The notes under the pieces were generated by a model that saw nothing but the letters and a program-made list of their open reading frames with translations, was not told the origin of the DNA and searched no databases. Both the position numbers and the translations under genes were made by a program. Shown here one piece after another: positions 30,879-40,493 of a DNA stretch of 64,000 nt (position 1 is its first letter; every line of letters starts with the position of its first letter). The stretch lies in IMG/VR virus record IMGVR_UViG_3300020020_000024. The stretch is one strand, 5' to 3'. Origin of the DNA: an uncultured virus (IMG/VR IMGVR_UViG_3300020020_000024). Lineage: Duplodnaviria > Heunggongvirae > Uroviricota > Caudoviricetes.

Positions 30879-31596
30879 ACAAGCTGCAATGGAGAAAAAT
30901 AAATACTACCCTATTGGTTGCGAACACAAGTTTGAGAACGGGCTTACCGCTTATACCCTTATTAAGGAATCAAAAGGCAATTTTCCAGAACCCTTTAAAA
31001 TAGTTCATCAGATTTGCAGTCTTTGCAGTACGATCAATGTCATAGGCTATCGTGGCAAGGAGCATATTGATGAAACGATTCACATTTGCATACCTGAACA
31101 CCTTAACTATATCATAAAGTATTGCAACTTTATGAATGTTCCTTCTAATAGTTATAAACTTCTTGCTGAAAATGCTGCTGATGTTTTTGCTATTGTTAAC
31201 CCATTACTTTCAGAAAACGAATTGTTAAGTCTTGGAACTCATTTTTCGGAAAGCACACGGCGGGAAGAATTAATAAATATTGTTAGTGCGCTTTTTTGGT
31301 ACAATGATTATTTGAAAGGAGAGACACCAAAAAATGATGGGCCAACAAAAAAACAAGTTGATCAGGCAAACAGACTTATCAATAATGTATTAAGCAAATA
31401 TTACGAGCAGAAAGAAGAAGAAAAAGAAGATAGGTTGTCAATGGCAAGATGGTGTTATAGGCATAACTGGACTTACGACAGCGTTAATGAGACATGGGAA
31501 AACCTGGTAACTACTGAAAAAAATATATCCTCTGACGAACTGCTATTAATTTACGAACAACAAGTTGTTAAAAGTTCAAAAAGTGATGAAGATTGA
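30871..31596 (+). CDS. hypothetical protein
   Basis: Long ORF in the gene run. Confidence 0.6.
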   Translation: MTKQAAMEKNKYYPIGCEHKFENGLTAYTLIKESKGNFPEPFKIVHQICSLCSTINVIGYRGKEHIDETIHICIPEHLNYIIKYCNFMNVPSNSYKLLAENAADVFAIVNPLLSENELLSLGTHFSESTRREELINIVSALFWYNDYLKGETPKNDGPTKKQVDQANRLINNVLSKYYEQKEEEKEDRLSMARWCYRHNWTYDSVNETWENLVTTEKNISSDELLLIYEQQVVKSSKSDED

Positions 31597-31858
31597 ACAT
31601 CGGGTAATAAATGAAATTCCTGGAACAATTCAAATGCCAGCATGGTTGGGTAGTTGCAATATCGTTAGTGATTGGTGCAAGTATAATGGTGTAATTTATT
31701 ATGGTGTACTTAACTGGCAGGAAAGTGAAAAAAGAAATAAACCAGTCATTGACCTTGCATACTGCGCTACAAGAGCGCTCAATGAAATATTTTTAAAGCA
31801 AAGAGTGTTTAGTAAAAGATTTGAACTATATGCCTTTGATCGTAGCAAAAAAGAATAA
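31586..31858 (+). CDS. hypothetical protein
   Basis: Probable ATG at 31586. Confidence 0.5.
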   Translation: MKIEHRVINEIPGTIQMPAWLGSCNIVSDWCKYNGVIYYGVLNWQESEKRNKPVIDLAYCATRALNEIFLKQRVFSKRFELYAFDRSKKE

Positions 31859-32001
31859 AAAATTTAAGCGTTGCCATATGTAATTACCTGACGTTCCAAA
31901 AGGACTAAGAAACAAATGTAGAAGGCAATGCGGGCTTTGCGCTATGATGCAGTATTCGGAAGAAAATCCCGGTAAAAAGCCTTATACCCTTAAATAACAT
32001 T

Positions 32002-32463
32002 ATGGAACTTGACGAAATACAAAGATTGGTTGTTACTCTCAATCAGGGAAAGAAACTACAAGAACTTGGCGTAGACCAGGAAAGTATGTTTTATCACAAC
32101 TGGAATAATACCGCCAAGAATCCATTGCTTGAAAAGTACAAATCAATGATCCCCGATGCTGTGATTGTTGATAAAGATTATAATATCTGTATTGAAATAG
32201 AATGTGATGTTTATGAGGGTTATTTAATGTGTTCGGCTTATACTGTCGGAGAACTCGGCGTAATGATTGGCCGTGGCACCAGGGCCGCAGATAAGTTTTG
32301 GCAACACTTGAACAGTCGGCTTAATAGCGGCAATAGCTCAACTATCTGTTTTGATGTTGTTGAAGTTGCTGACTTTTTAATTAAGTTAATAACAGAACCT
32401 GGGGTTATAGATGTTGATGAAATAAATAAACGAATGAGAAAACATTTTGAGTATGAGTACTAA
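32002..32463 (+). CDS. hypothetical phage-type protein
   Basis: KKLQELGV.QES.FY, SAYTVGELG. Confidence 0.6.
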   Translation: MELDEIQRLVVTLNQGKKLQELGVDQESMFYHNWNNTAKNPLLEKYKSMIPDAVIVDKDYNICIEIECDVYEGYLMCSAYTVGELGVMIGRGTRAADKFWQHLNSRLNSGNSSTICFDVVEVADFLIKLITEPGVIDVDEINKRMRKHFEYEY

Positions 32464-32965
32464 TAATAAAAAAGAAAATGATCTCGATGCCCCGTTCAAT
32501 CCGAACTGGCGATCCCATCCTCTTGATACAATAATTGAAACTTGTATAGTAAAAGGCAAGCTCGTTGATTTCTGCACTATGGCATCCATTTTAGAAATGG
32601 ATGTTTTTGAGTTAAGAGATTTCTTAGCTGAGCGAACTCCTATTGATGAAAAGATTGCTATGCGACTTGAATTATTACTTGGAGTTGATAAACAGTTTTG
32701 GCTTAATTGTCAAAACAACTATGATATAAGAGTCACGAATGTTTTGCCAGAGTATATCCCTACCGACGCAGGTATATTAGCATGGATAATTGAGAATAAG
32801 TGGGAGTGGTCAACAACAATACCCGGAATGTGGCATAATCCAAACCTTGATGGACATCCATATTGTGAACCCAAGGAACTTACAAAAAGATATCATCAAT
32901 ATAAAATAGAAAGAGATGAAAACGCAGGAAATGAGAGTGCAGAGACCGACGCCACTCACAAATGA
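32453..32965 (+). CDS. HigA-like HTH protein with C-terminal extension
   Basis: SHP, PIDEKIAMRLELLLGVDKQFWLNCQNNYD. Confidence 0.65.
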   Translation: MSTNNKKENDLDAPFNPNWRSHPLDTIIETCIVKGKLVDFCTMASILEMDVFELRDFLAERTPIDEKIAMRLELLLGVDKQFWLNCQNNYDIRVTNVLPEYIPTDAGILAWIIENKWEWSTTIPGMWHNPNLDGHPYCEPKELTKRYHQYKIERDENAGNESAETDATHK

Positions 32966-33287
32966 AGAAGCGACAAAGTTTTTCGCAGAATTTTATGGCG
33001 GCGAACATCACATCCCCGGTCATAAACTATATCGGTTTGGTGATGGCTGGATTGCAAAGCATTATTGTGGTCATGGTGATCTTGCAACGTATGATTTTAA
33101 TTCACTCACAAGGCTTGTGCTAATGGCTCATAGGGATTGCTATCGTGTATGTATAATGCCGCTTAATTTCAATACGATTAAAATCGCAATACACAAAAGG
33201 AGTCCGGATGGCGGCTGGAGTACTGGCCACCCTACTATTGAAACAGCATTAGAGGAATTCAACAATTCAATAAAACACGATGGATAA
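32916..33287 (+). CDS. hypothetical phage-type protein
   Basis: LATYDFNSLTRLVLMAH. Confidence 0.6.
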   Translation: MKTQEMRVQRPTPLTNEEATKFFAEFYGGEHHIPGHKLYRFGDGWIAKHYCGHGDLATYDFNSLTRLVLMAHRDCYRVCIMPLNFNTIKIAIHKRSPDGGWSTGHPTIETALEEFNNSIKHDG

Positions 33288-33618
33288 AAAAACAGTTTTA
33301 CTTTGCTCACACCATGACGAAAAGAAAGCGCCAATGATTTCAACATTTGCGTTTATTGGTGCTGAATATTGGTGCCCGTACTGCGGTAATACGCAAGGAA
33401 TATTCGGCGATTTCAAAGAAGTTGAATGGACAAAAGAACTACAAAAAGAAGTTGATTATTGGAATGGGAAGGCAAGGGAATTTCTTTCAGCAAAAGCAAC
33501 CTTTTCTTGTGCATCGTTAATGTGGGAGGGAAACAGAATTAGGCCGGATCAGCTTCCGGCAGAAGAATTAGAAAGGAGACAAAAAATAGTTAACGAGTGG
33601 AAATATGAAAGTGCATGA
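33280..33618 (+). CDS. small Zn-binding protein
   Basis: C.HH...EYWCPYCG. Confidence 0.6.
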   Translation: MDKKTVLLCSHHDEKKAPMISTFAFIGAEYWCPYCGNTQGIFGDFKEVEWTKELQKEVDYWNGKAREFLSAKATFSCASLMWEGNRIRPDQLPAEELERRQKIVNEWKYESA

Positions 33619-33932
33619 AATTAGATGCTACGATATTTCAGAAAACTGTCAATAGGGCTGTATCTGACCTAAATCCGTATAAGAAATGGATAAAAGGAGA
33701 AAGAGAATGGTTGAATATGTTTATAATATATGGTGATATGCATCAATATCGAATCGTTGTTTCAAGGCCAGGTCAATCGAAAATAATTACAACACTTAAA
33801 TATTATGATAGATTTGACCGAATGTTTGAATTGGAGGTAGAAAGCACGTTGCCTACAAGGTCAATGTTTCTAAAAAGGATGTCAGATACTTTGTCAATAG
33901 CAATAATTAATAAAAATGAAAAAAGGTTTTAA
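33615..33932 (+). CDS. hypothetical protein
   Basis: ATGA overlap. Confidence 0.55.
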   Translation: MKLDATIFQKTVNRAVSDLNPYKKWIKGEREWLNMFIIYGDMHQYRIVVSRPGQSKIITTLKYYDRFDRMFELEVESTLPTRSMFLKRMSDTLSIAIINKNEKRF

Positions 33933-36486
33933 ACTTCTTTGCTGGTTCGATTATAAAGCTCAAACCGGCTTTTCAACTGTATCAACAAATATTCTTGAAC
34001 ATCTAAAAGAATATTTCGGCAATAGCCTTCATGCAGATATTATCGCTGTTAATTATATTGTCAACGATAAAGAAGGAAACCCGCAACCTGGGCCGCATGT
34101 CTTTGAACACGGTGGCATGATCGCCGTTCATCCAGCTATTAATCTTAAATCACCACATGGCGTTGATGCGTTAGGACGACATGAATTTCTTGATTTTCTT
34201 GGCAAGTATGAATATGATGGTGTATTTATTATTCAAGACCCTGGTGTTATACATGGGGTCTCTGCGGTAATGAAACAAATAAGAGACATCAAAAAAAAGA
34301 ACAATCAAAAAGTGTTTAAGTCTGTTGTTTATTTCCCCATAGATGGAGGTCACCTAAAAGAATGGTTTGATGATTTCTTTTTTGATGTTCCTGTTGCCTA
34401 TACTGAATATGGAAGAAAGATCGTGTTGGGCTTCAATCCATCATTGAAGGGAAAAATAAAGGTGATCCCGCATGGTATAAATACAGAACATTTTCACTCA
34501 CTAGATCCGTCAATAAGAACTTCGTTCAGGCAAACATATTTTGGCAAGCACGATTTGAAAACAATATTTGCCAATGTCAACCGCAATCAATCAAGAAAAG
34601 ATATTCCAACAACAATACTTGCTTTTGAAAAGTATAAAAACGCTTACAATAAAAATTCCTTTCTGTATCTACACATGCACCCCATTGATGAACAGGGATG
34701 GGATTTGAGAAAGATCATCAAGCAAACGAGTCTTATCGAAGGAGAAGATTTTATGTTTATGAAAGATGATATTCATAAAGTAGATGAATATGTACTTAAT
34801 AACATCTACAACGCTTGCGATTTTTATTTAACAACAACAACAGGGGAAGGCTGGGGGCTATGTGTTCATCCGAGTACAACTATAAATACAAATAGCGGAT
34901 TTAAACTAATGGGGAATGTGTCCATCGGGGATCAAGTTATGACTGAAACTGGTAAGTACGAGAGGGTTGTTGATAAAATAACAAGAAAAGATAAATTAAT
35001 TAAGATAAGAGCATTGGGATGTCCAGAAACAAAAGTCACGCATAATCACCCATTTTTTTGCATAAGGAACATTACAAGTAGAAAATTGCTTGTTGATATA
35101 AAAAGAAAAGAATTAAGGCCGGAATGGATCGCTGCGGACAAAATTAAGAAAAATGATTTAGTGGCTATTGTCAAACCGATAATGAATAAACCATTACCAA
35201 AGCAAATAGACATAGTTGATTTCGTTCCAGATGTTTTACATAACGATACAGATTGTTGGTATAAAATGGGATACTCTGGGAATAAAACAGGTATTTCTAT
35301 TTCTCAGATTTCAAAAAAATACAAAGTAAGTAAGCGGGTCGCAGAAGATGCCAAGAATATCTTGTTAAAAAAAGAACTTTTTCAACGAGGTGGAATACAT
35401 TCTAAGGCTCAAATGATTTCAAAAAGAATAAAAAAAGATAAACTATTTATCAATGAAGATGTATGCAAAGTAAAAAGATTTATTAAAGTGTCTGATGAAT
35501 TTATGGAATATATAGGCTGGTACTTGGCAGAGGGAAGTAGTAATGGTGGAAACCAAGTTGAATTTTCATTACACAAAAATGAGATTAATGTAGCAAAGAG
35601 GCTTTCTTATTTATCAAATAAATTATTTGGAATTAAATCCATTTTTAAAATAAAATCAAACAATAGGTCATGTTGTCGAGCATCATCAAGCATTGTTGCT
35701 AAGTTTTTAAAATTGTATTGCGGTAATTTTTGTTATAATAAAAGAATTAATGACTCTTTATTTGGGAGTAAAAACATATCGGCTTTGGTCAAAGGTATTT
35801 TACTTGGAGATGGGCATATAGCTAAGGATAGAATTAGTATTGGCCTTTCAAGCAAACAATTAATATGGCAAATAAGAGATATTTTATTAGCTAATGATAT
35901 TTTCTGCTGCATTAATAATGAAAGAATAAGAGTTGGCGGTAATTACCCTATATGGAAGTTAACTATACAGGGGGAATCCCATAAAAAGCTATGTCAATTT
36001 GTTGGTTTATCTTATAAAAAATCAATAAAAAGAAAAAGAGGGCAGCATTATATAGAGCATAATAATATGTTTTTTGTTAAAGTAAAACACATTAGACGTA
36101 TCTCAGGATTTCATCAAGTAATGGACATATGCGTTGACAAAACGCATTCTTTTGTGGGTAATGGTCTCCTGCTTCATAATACGGTTACGGAGGCAATGGC
36201 GTGTGGTTTGCCAGTACTGGCCCCATACAATACCAGCCTAGAAGAAATATGCGGTGACAATGTACGAGCTTGGACATGGGATTGGTTTATTCCCTATTGC
36301 AGCATATTTGATTGTATGGTAAGGCAACAGAGCGATTTTGAAGAAGTGGCAGAAATTATGAATCATGCGGTACTAAATAATGACAAAACCGATCAGAAGA
36401 AACTAGCCGCTTACCATTATGTTGATCAGTTGGAGTGGAGTAATATTGCTAAACGTTGGATTGATATATTTGAAGAACTGTTTTAA
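33916..36486 (+). CDS. GT4 (GT-B) glycosyltransferase containing an intein
   Basis: TGFSTV, IPHGIN, VNRNQSRKD, YNACD, EGWGL|intein|TVTEAMACGLP. Confidence 0.9.
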   Translation: MKKGFKLLCWFDYKAQTGFSTVSTNILEHLKEYFGNSLHADIIAVNYIVNDKEGNPQPGPHVFEHGGMIAVHPAINLKSPHGVDALGRHEFLDFLGKYEYDGVFIIQDPGVIHGVSAVMKQIRDIKKKNNQKVFKSVVYFPIDGGHLKEWFDDFFFDVPVAYTEYGRKIVLGFNPSLKGKIKVIPHGINTEHFHSLDPSIRTSFRQTYFGKHDLKTIFANVNRNQSRKDIPTTILAFEKYKNAYNKNSFLYLHMHPIDEQGWDLRKIIKQTSLIEGEDFMFMKDDIHKVDEYVLNNIYNACDFYLTTTTGEGWGLCVHPSTTINTNSGFKLMGNVSIGDQVMTETGKYERVVDKITRKDKLIKIRALGCPETKVTHNHPFFCIRNITSRKLLVDIKRKELRPEWIAADKIKKNDLVAIVKPIMNKPLPKQIDIVDFVPDVLHNDTDCWYKMGYSGNKTGISISQISKKYKVSKRVAEDAKNILLKKELFQRGGIHSKAQMISKRIKKDKLFINEDVCKVKRFIKVSDEFMEYIGWYLAEGSSNGGNQVEFSLHKNEINVAKRLSYLSNKLFGIKSIFKIKSNNRSCCRASSSIVAKFLKLYCGNFCYNKRINDSLFGSKNISALVKGILLGDGHIAKDRISIGLSSKQLIWQIRDILLANDIFCCINNERIRVGGNYPIWKLTIQGESHKKLCQFVGLSYKKSIKRKRGQHYIEHNNMFFVKVKHIRRISGFHQVMDICVDKTHSFVGNGLLLHNTVTEAMACGLPVLAPYNTSLEEICGDNVRAWTWDWFIPYCSIFDCMVRQQSDFEEVAEIMNHAVLNNDKTDQKKLAAYHYVDQLEWSNIAKRWIDIFEELF
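34861..36180 (+). mobile_element. intein (440 aa) with LAGLIDADG homing endonuclease
   Basis: Starts CVHPST; block B VTHNHPF; IGWYLAEG and LVKGILLGDG; ends DICVDKTHSFVGNGLLLHN; +1 residue is Thr. Confidence 0.95.
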
Positions 36487-36495
36487 ATTTAGTAG

Positions 36496-36780
36496 ATGAC
36501 AGTCTATCTTATAGAAGTAAAAAAGCCGGGAGAGGGCAAGCCACCATACTGGTATGCCAAGAAGGTAGGAGAAAGGTTTGAATGTATTAAAGAAGAAAAT
36601 TCGCCACTTGCGGGGATTAACGGATTTTTCAATCCCATCTTTTCACTTAAACCAAATAAGAAGGAAATAAAAGCGGGGAAGCCGTGGAATTCTAGTGGTT
36701 TCAGAATTGTTGATATATTAGTAGTTGATAAATGGGAGGACAAAAGCATCCCAGATAATTTTATGTATGTATGGAAATGA
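36496..36780 (+). CDS. hypothetical protein
   Basis: ORF in the gene run. Confidence 0.55.
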   Translation: MTVYLIEVKKPGEGKPPYWYAKKVGERFECIKEENSPLAGINGFFNPIFSLKPNKKEIKAGKPWNSSGFRIVDILVVDKWEDKSIPDNFMYVWK

Positions 36781-37214
36781 AAGCCACATATAAGACTCTA
36801 ACTTATTTGTTATTTTGGAGTGACTTCGATCATGGCATTCATATATACAGTTTACAGGGAATGGAATATATTGCTAAAATATGTCTTAAATACAGTTTAC
36901 CGAAAATGAAAAAAGCAAAAGACTACGCACATGAAATTATTGAAGAACATTCAGAAAAAGGTATTGAGGCGGCTCACGCTAAAGCTGCTGGTGTTGTTAA
37001 AGAGTTGTTCAAAGAATATGATGAAATAGTGAAGATGCGAAAAATAACAAAGTACGAATCAATACTTGCGGTATTAAAAGAACTTCATGTAAAATGGGAA
37101 GCTGTTTGCAGGAGAGTGAACGCAGAAATTCCGATTCTTAATGATAAAGCTTTTTTGAATGTGATTGAAGAAAAAATGACTATGATCTGGCCAAATCTGC
37201 AAAAAATACTATAA
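36771..37214 (+). CDS. hypothetical helical protein (start uncertain, possibly 36906)
   Basis: ORF in the gene run. Confidence 0.55.
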   Translation: MEMKATYKTLTYLLFWSDFDHGIHIYSLQGMEYIAKICLKYSLPKMKKAKDYAHEIIEEHSEKGIEAAHAKAAGVVKELFKEYDEIVKMRKITKYESILAVLKELHVKWEAVCRRVNAEIPILNDKAFLNVIEEKMTMIWPNLQKIL

Positions 37215-37340
37215 TGAAAATTGTAGCTATAAAAATGAATGATGGTAATTGGTACAGGGCTGCTGCAGTTGTCAATGAACATTTTTGGCCAATGTATAAA
37301 ATTGAAATAGGGGTACTTCGATTAGAAACGCATATTATGC

Positions 37341-37736
37341 TTGTTAAAAGAAATAACAAACAGTATTTTGAACAACTCGGTAACGCCTGAGCGCATAATT
37401 AATATTCTAAAAACTCAACGGTTCGTTTTTAAAGACGAAAAGGATTTGCAATTCCAAATCTCAACTACACTTACTAATCTTGAAATAAATCATGGCAGAG
37501 AGTTTGAATTTATTCCCGGCTGTGGCGACATCATTGATTTCATGATCCCTGATTATATTGGAATGGAGATAAAAATAAAGGGAGGCAAAACTGATATATA
37601 TAAACAGATTCGCCGATATTGTAAACACTCAACAATACTTCATCTTATCTTGGTAACCACACGAAACATGCAGCTGCCTAAAGATATTGAAGGCTGTAAA
37701 TGTTATGTTGTAAATCTTAATCAAGCATGGCTATAA
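37341..37736 (+). CDS. PD-(D/E)XK-like nuclease
   Basis: REFEF, IIDF, IGMEIKIK, QIRRY; overlaps the helicase start. Confidence 0.65.
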   Translation: MLKEITNSILNNSVTPERIINILKTQRFVFKDEKDLQFQISTTLTNLEINHGREFEFIPGCGDIIDFMIPDYIGMEIKIKGGKTDIYKQIRRYCKHSTILHLILVTTRNMQLPKDIEGCKCYVVNLNQAWL

Positions 37737-39406
37737 AGTATTATGGACAGTTGGAATACGTTCCAGAGACGAGGCAATGGTCAATAACAAAAGCGCCACC
37801 GCATGTCTGTATTAAATTAAAGGCAGTATTTAAAAAGATTCAAACGGGTGCAGTACAGCCATTCAATCTTTCTGATATTCCGGATATGGCTGCTGACCTG
37901 CATTGGTTCTTGCAACGTTACCCAATGAAGATGACAGAGGCAGATGCTAAGTATCTCACTAAAAGAAAAAATGAGTATGTAAAGATTGTAGCTGATCTTG
38001 AAACGATCATGCTTCCCTCCTATAAGCCTGGAATCATTAAATTAAAGAAGCGTAAAAAAGCAAGAGTATATCAAAGTAAGGGTAATGAGGTATTCATGAA
38101 GAAAAGAAGAATGTTGCTTGGTGATGAATTTGGACTCGGCAAAACATTGTCTGCAATTCTGCCAATGACAATAATTCCTGAAAGGACTCTCCCGGCTGTT
38201 GTAGTTGTACAGGGTCACATGCAAGCGCAATGGGAAACTGATGGCATCAATCAATATACTAATCTCACCTGCCATTGTATAAAGAGCAGGAAAACCTATG
38301 ATCTCCCTGCTGCCGATGTTTACATAGTCAGATACACTTGCGTTTCTGGATGGGTAAATGTGTTTCAGGCCATGGGCATCAAGTATCTTGTTTTTGATGA
38401 AGTCCAGGAATTAAGAACTGGTAAGTCTGCAAAGTATGATGCCTGTTTTCAACTTAGTAATAATGTAGCACAGTTCTGCCAGGGTCTCTCAGCAACTCCG
38501 ATTTACAACTATGGTGGTGAAATATTTAATATACTTGATGCAATTGATGAAGGCTGTCTCGGTACTAAACATGAATTTGACCGTGAGTGGACAGGATGGG
38601 GAAACAAGATTGATGATCCAGAAGCTCTTGGAACACATCTAAGAGAAAAGTTTCTATTCCTTAGAAGAACAAGAGAAGAAGTAGGAATGCAGTTGCCTCC
38701 TATCAATACAGTCATTTATACAGTTGAACACGATCATCAGGTAGTAAAGGAGTCTTATGAAATGGCTAAACAACTTGCGTTGCGTGTGGTTCATGGTGAA
38801 TTTACTGAAAGTGGGCAAGCAGCAAGAATTTTTGATAACTTTCTTAGAAAGACAACTGGTATATCTAAAGCAAAGTATGTCGCTGCTTTTGTTCGCATGA
38901 TGATTGAATCAGGAGAAACCGTTTTGCTTGGTGGATGGCATCACGAAGTATATGATATTTGGGAAAAAGAATTTGCCGACCTAAATCCATGTTGGTTTAC
39001 AGGACTCGAATCTCCAACTCAAAAAGAAAAATCAAAACAAACTTTTATTAAAGGAGAATCGAAATTACTTATCATGAGTAACCGCAGTGGTGCCGGTGTT
39101 GATGGATTACAGGAACGATGCAGTATCGTTGTTAATGGTGAACTCGATTGGAGTCCTAAAATTCACGAACAGTTTTATTCAAGACTTAACAGAGATAGAA
39201 AAAATAAAGAGAAGAAACAAGTAACTGCGGTTATATTGATTTCGGAATATGGAAGTGATCCGCTCATACTCGACATACTTGGAGAAAAGAGCAGACAGCA
39301 ACAAGGGATCGTTGATCCTGGAAAACAAATACTGGCACAGCAGTCAGATGTTGCTAGGGTAAAACTACTTGCACAAAAGTTTTTGGAAAAAGAACAAGCC
39401 GCCTAA
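37727..39406 (+). CDS. SNF2-family helicase
   Basis: LLGDEFGLGKT, VFDEVQ, LSATP, LRRTR, GAGVDGLQ, ELDWSP..HEQ...RLNR. Confidence 0.9.
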   Translation: MAIKYYGQLEYVPETRQWSITKAPPHVCIKLKAVFKKIQTGAVQPFNLSDIPDMAADLHWFLQRYPMKMTEADAKYLTKRKNEYVKIVADLETIMLPSYKPGIIKLKKRKKARVYQSKGNEVFMKKRRMLLGDEFGLGKTLSAILPMTIIPERTLPAVVVVQGHMQAQWETDGINQYTNLTCHCIKSRKTYDLPAADVYIVRYTCVSGWVNVFQAMGIKYLVFDEVQELRTGKSAKYDACFQLSNNVAQFCQGLSATPIYNYGGEIFNILDAIDEGCLGTKHEFDREWTGWGNKIDDPEALGTHLREKFLFLRRTREEVGMQLPPINTVIYTVEHDHQVVKESYEMAKQLALRVVHGEFTESGQAARIFDNFLRKTTGISKAKYVAAFVRMMIESGETVLLGGWHHEVYDIWEKEFADLNPCWFTGLESPTQKEKSKQTFIKGESKLLIMSNRSGAGVDGLQERCSIVVNGELDWSPKIHEQFYSRLNRDRKNKEKKQVTAVILISEYGSDPLILDILGEKSRQQQGIVDPGKQILAQQSDVARVKLLAQKFLEKEQAA

Positions 39407-39483
39407 ATTGCTTCAAGCGACTTGTCAGTTTCTTGGTTTTTAATGAGGACATCGGAACTCCGGTACAGACCGGAATCGAAACC

Positions 39484-39597
39484 TTATTTTCTTAATGCCT
39501 TGTAGGTTAAAAAACCTACACCAGTTAAAAGCACCAGGAAGTGAACGTTACTTCCACCAAGAAAGTTTGGAGATTTGAGATCAAAAAATCCAGTCAT
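39484..39597 (-). CDS. 37-aa single-TM protein (not in the ORF track)
   Basis: MTGFFDLKSPNFLGGSNVHFLVLLTGVGFLTYKALRK*; TCCGGT-acag-ACCGGA hairpin just downstream. Confidence 0.55.
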   Translation of the reverse strand: MTGFFDLKSPNFLGGSNVHFLVLLTGVGFLTYKALRK

Positions 39598-39734
39598 GAC
39601 TCAAAATAAATGTATTTCAACGGATTTTTACTATAAGTGGCAAATATTATAATTGCGACAAAGTATTTTATCTCGGATAAATTATATATTAAGCGTTTTC
39701 TTATCTTATTTTGCATCATAACCAGCCCATTTTT

Positions 39735-40493
39735 ATGAGTCATCAATTACTGACAGACCTACGAAAGCCAGCTAAACTAAATACGGGTAGTTTGATCCTG
39801 TTTCAAGAAGATGTGTTTTTTCACGTTTCTAATTCAGAAAAACCACAATTCTGCGGATCAAGAACTACTTTGGCCCAGGTGCAAGAACCAGGAATAATCG
39901 GATATGTAATCGTTAAAATTATCGGTTCTAAAGGTATCTGTGCTTTACCTGCTGGCGTGAGTTTGCAAAAGCCAATTGCTAATTTAATGCGTGGTTATGA
40001 GATGCCATCAGATGTGATAAATAACATTTATTTAAAAGTTGGTGGACATCTTGAAGGAATAAAAGACGGGGAAAAGGTAGTGTTGGATGATGCAAGTAAA
40101 GGGGGTGTAAGCGTAGGCGCAAATCATGGCCCCGAAGGTGGAATAAAAGGAACAGTTGGAACAGAACGAAGGCCAATAGAATTTGAAAACAAAGAATTGA
40201 TTTTGGGAGAAAAAGTTTCAGAAGATAAGAGAGTTTATTCATTTGAAGGACAGATGATAACTGCGAAAGAAGTTGCTTCAAGACTTAATTCATTAAATGG
40301 GGGTGTTGATTTTGCTGAAAAAGGACAGGATCTAGGAACACCAGCAAATCCGATTTCTTTTAAGGGTAATGAAATAATTTTAACAGCACCTGTTTCCGAA
40401 GATAAAAGAGTTTATTCTTTTGAAGGACAGCAGATGACTGCAAAACAAATTGCTTCAAGACTTAATTCAAATAATAATGGAGTTTCTTTTTAA
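39735..40493 (+). CDS. hypothetical protein with G..H..GG motif and duplicated C-terminal domain
   Basis: VSEDKRVYSFEGQ..TAK..ASRLNS occurs twice; probable ATG at 39735. Confidence 0.7.
   Translation: MSHQLLTDLRKPAKLNTGSLILFQEDVFFHVSNSEKPQFCGSRTTLAQVQEPGIIGYVIVKIIGSKGICALPAGVSLQKPIANLMRGYEMPSDVINNIYLKVGGHLEGIKDGEKVVLDDASKGGVSVGANHGPEGGIKGTVGTERRPIEFENKELILGEKVSEDKRVYSFEGQMITAKEVASRLNSLNGGVDFAEKGQDLGTPANPISFKGNEIILTAPVSEDKRVYSFEGQQMTAKQIASRLNSNNNGVSF

Noticed and set aside
31830..31997. Small ORF with an in-frame TAA (MPLIVAKK...CHM*LPDVPKG...) as evidence of stop-codon recoding
   Set aside because: TAA, TAG and TGA all end well-defined genes in this window and long genes are uninterrupted in code 11. 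At most this is a small pseudogene.
32453..32965. HigBA toxin-antitoxin pair
   Set aside because: No adjacent RelE/HigB-like toxin is recognisable
39394..39425. Terminator after the SNF2 helicase
   Set aside because: The stem is imperfect with a large loop and overlaps the stop codon, so it is too weak to call
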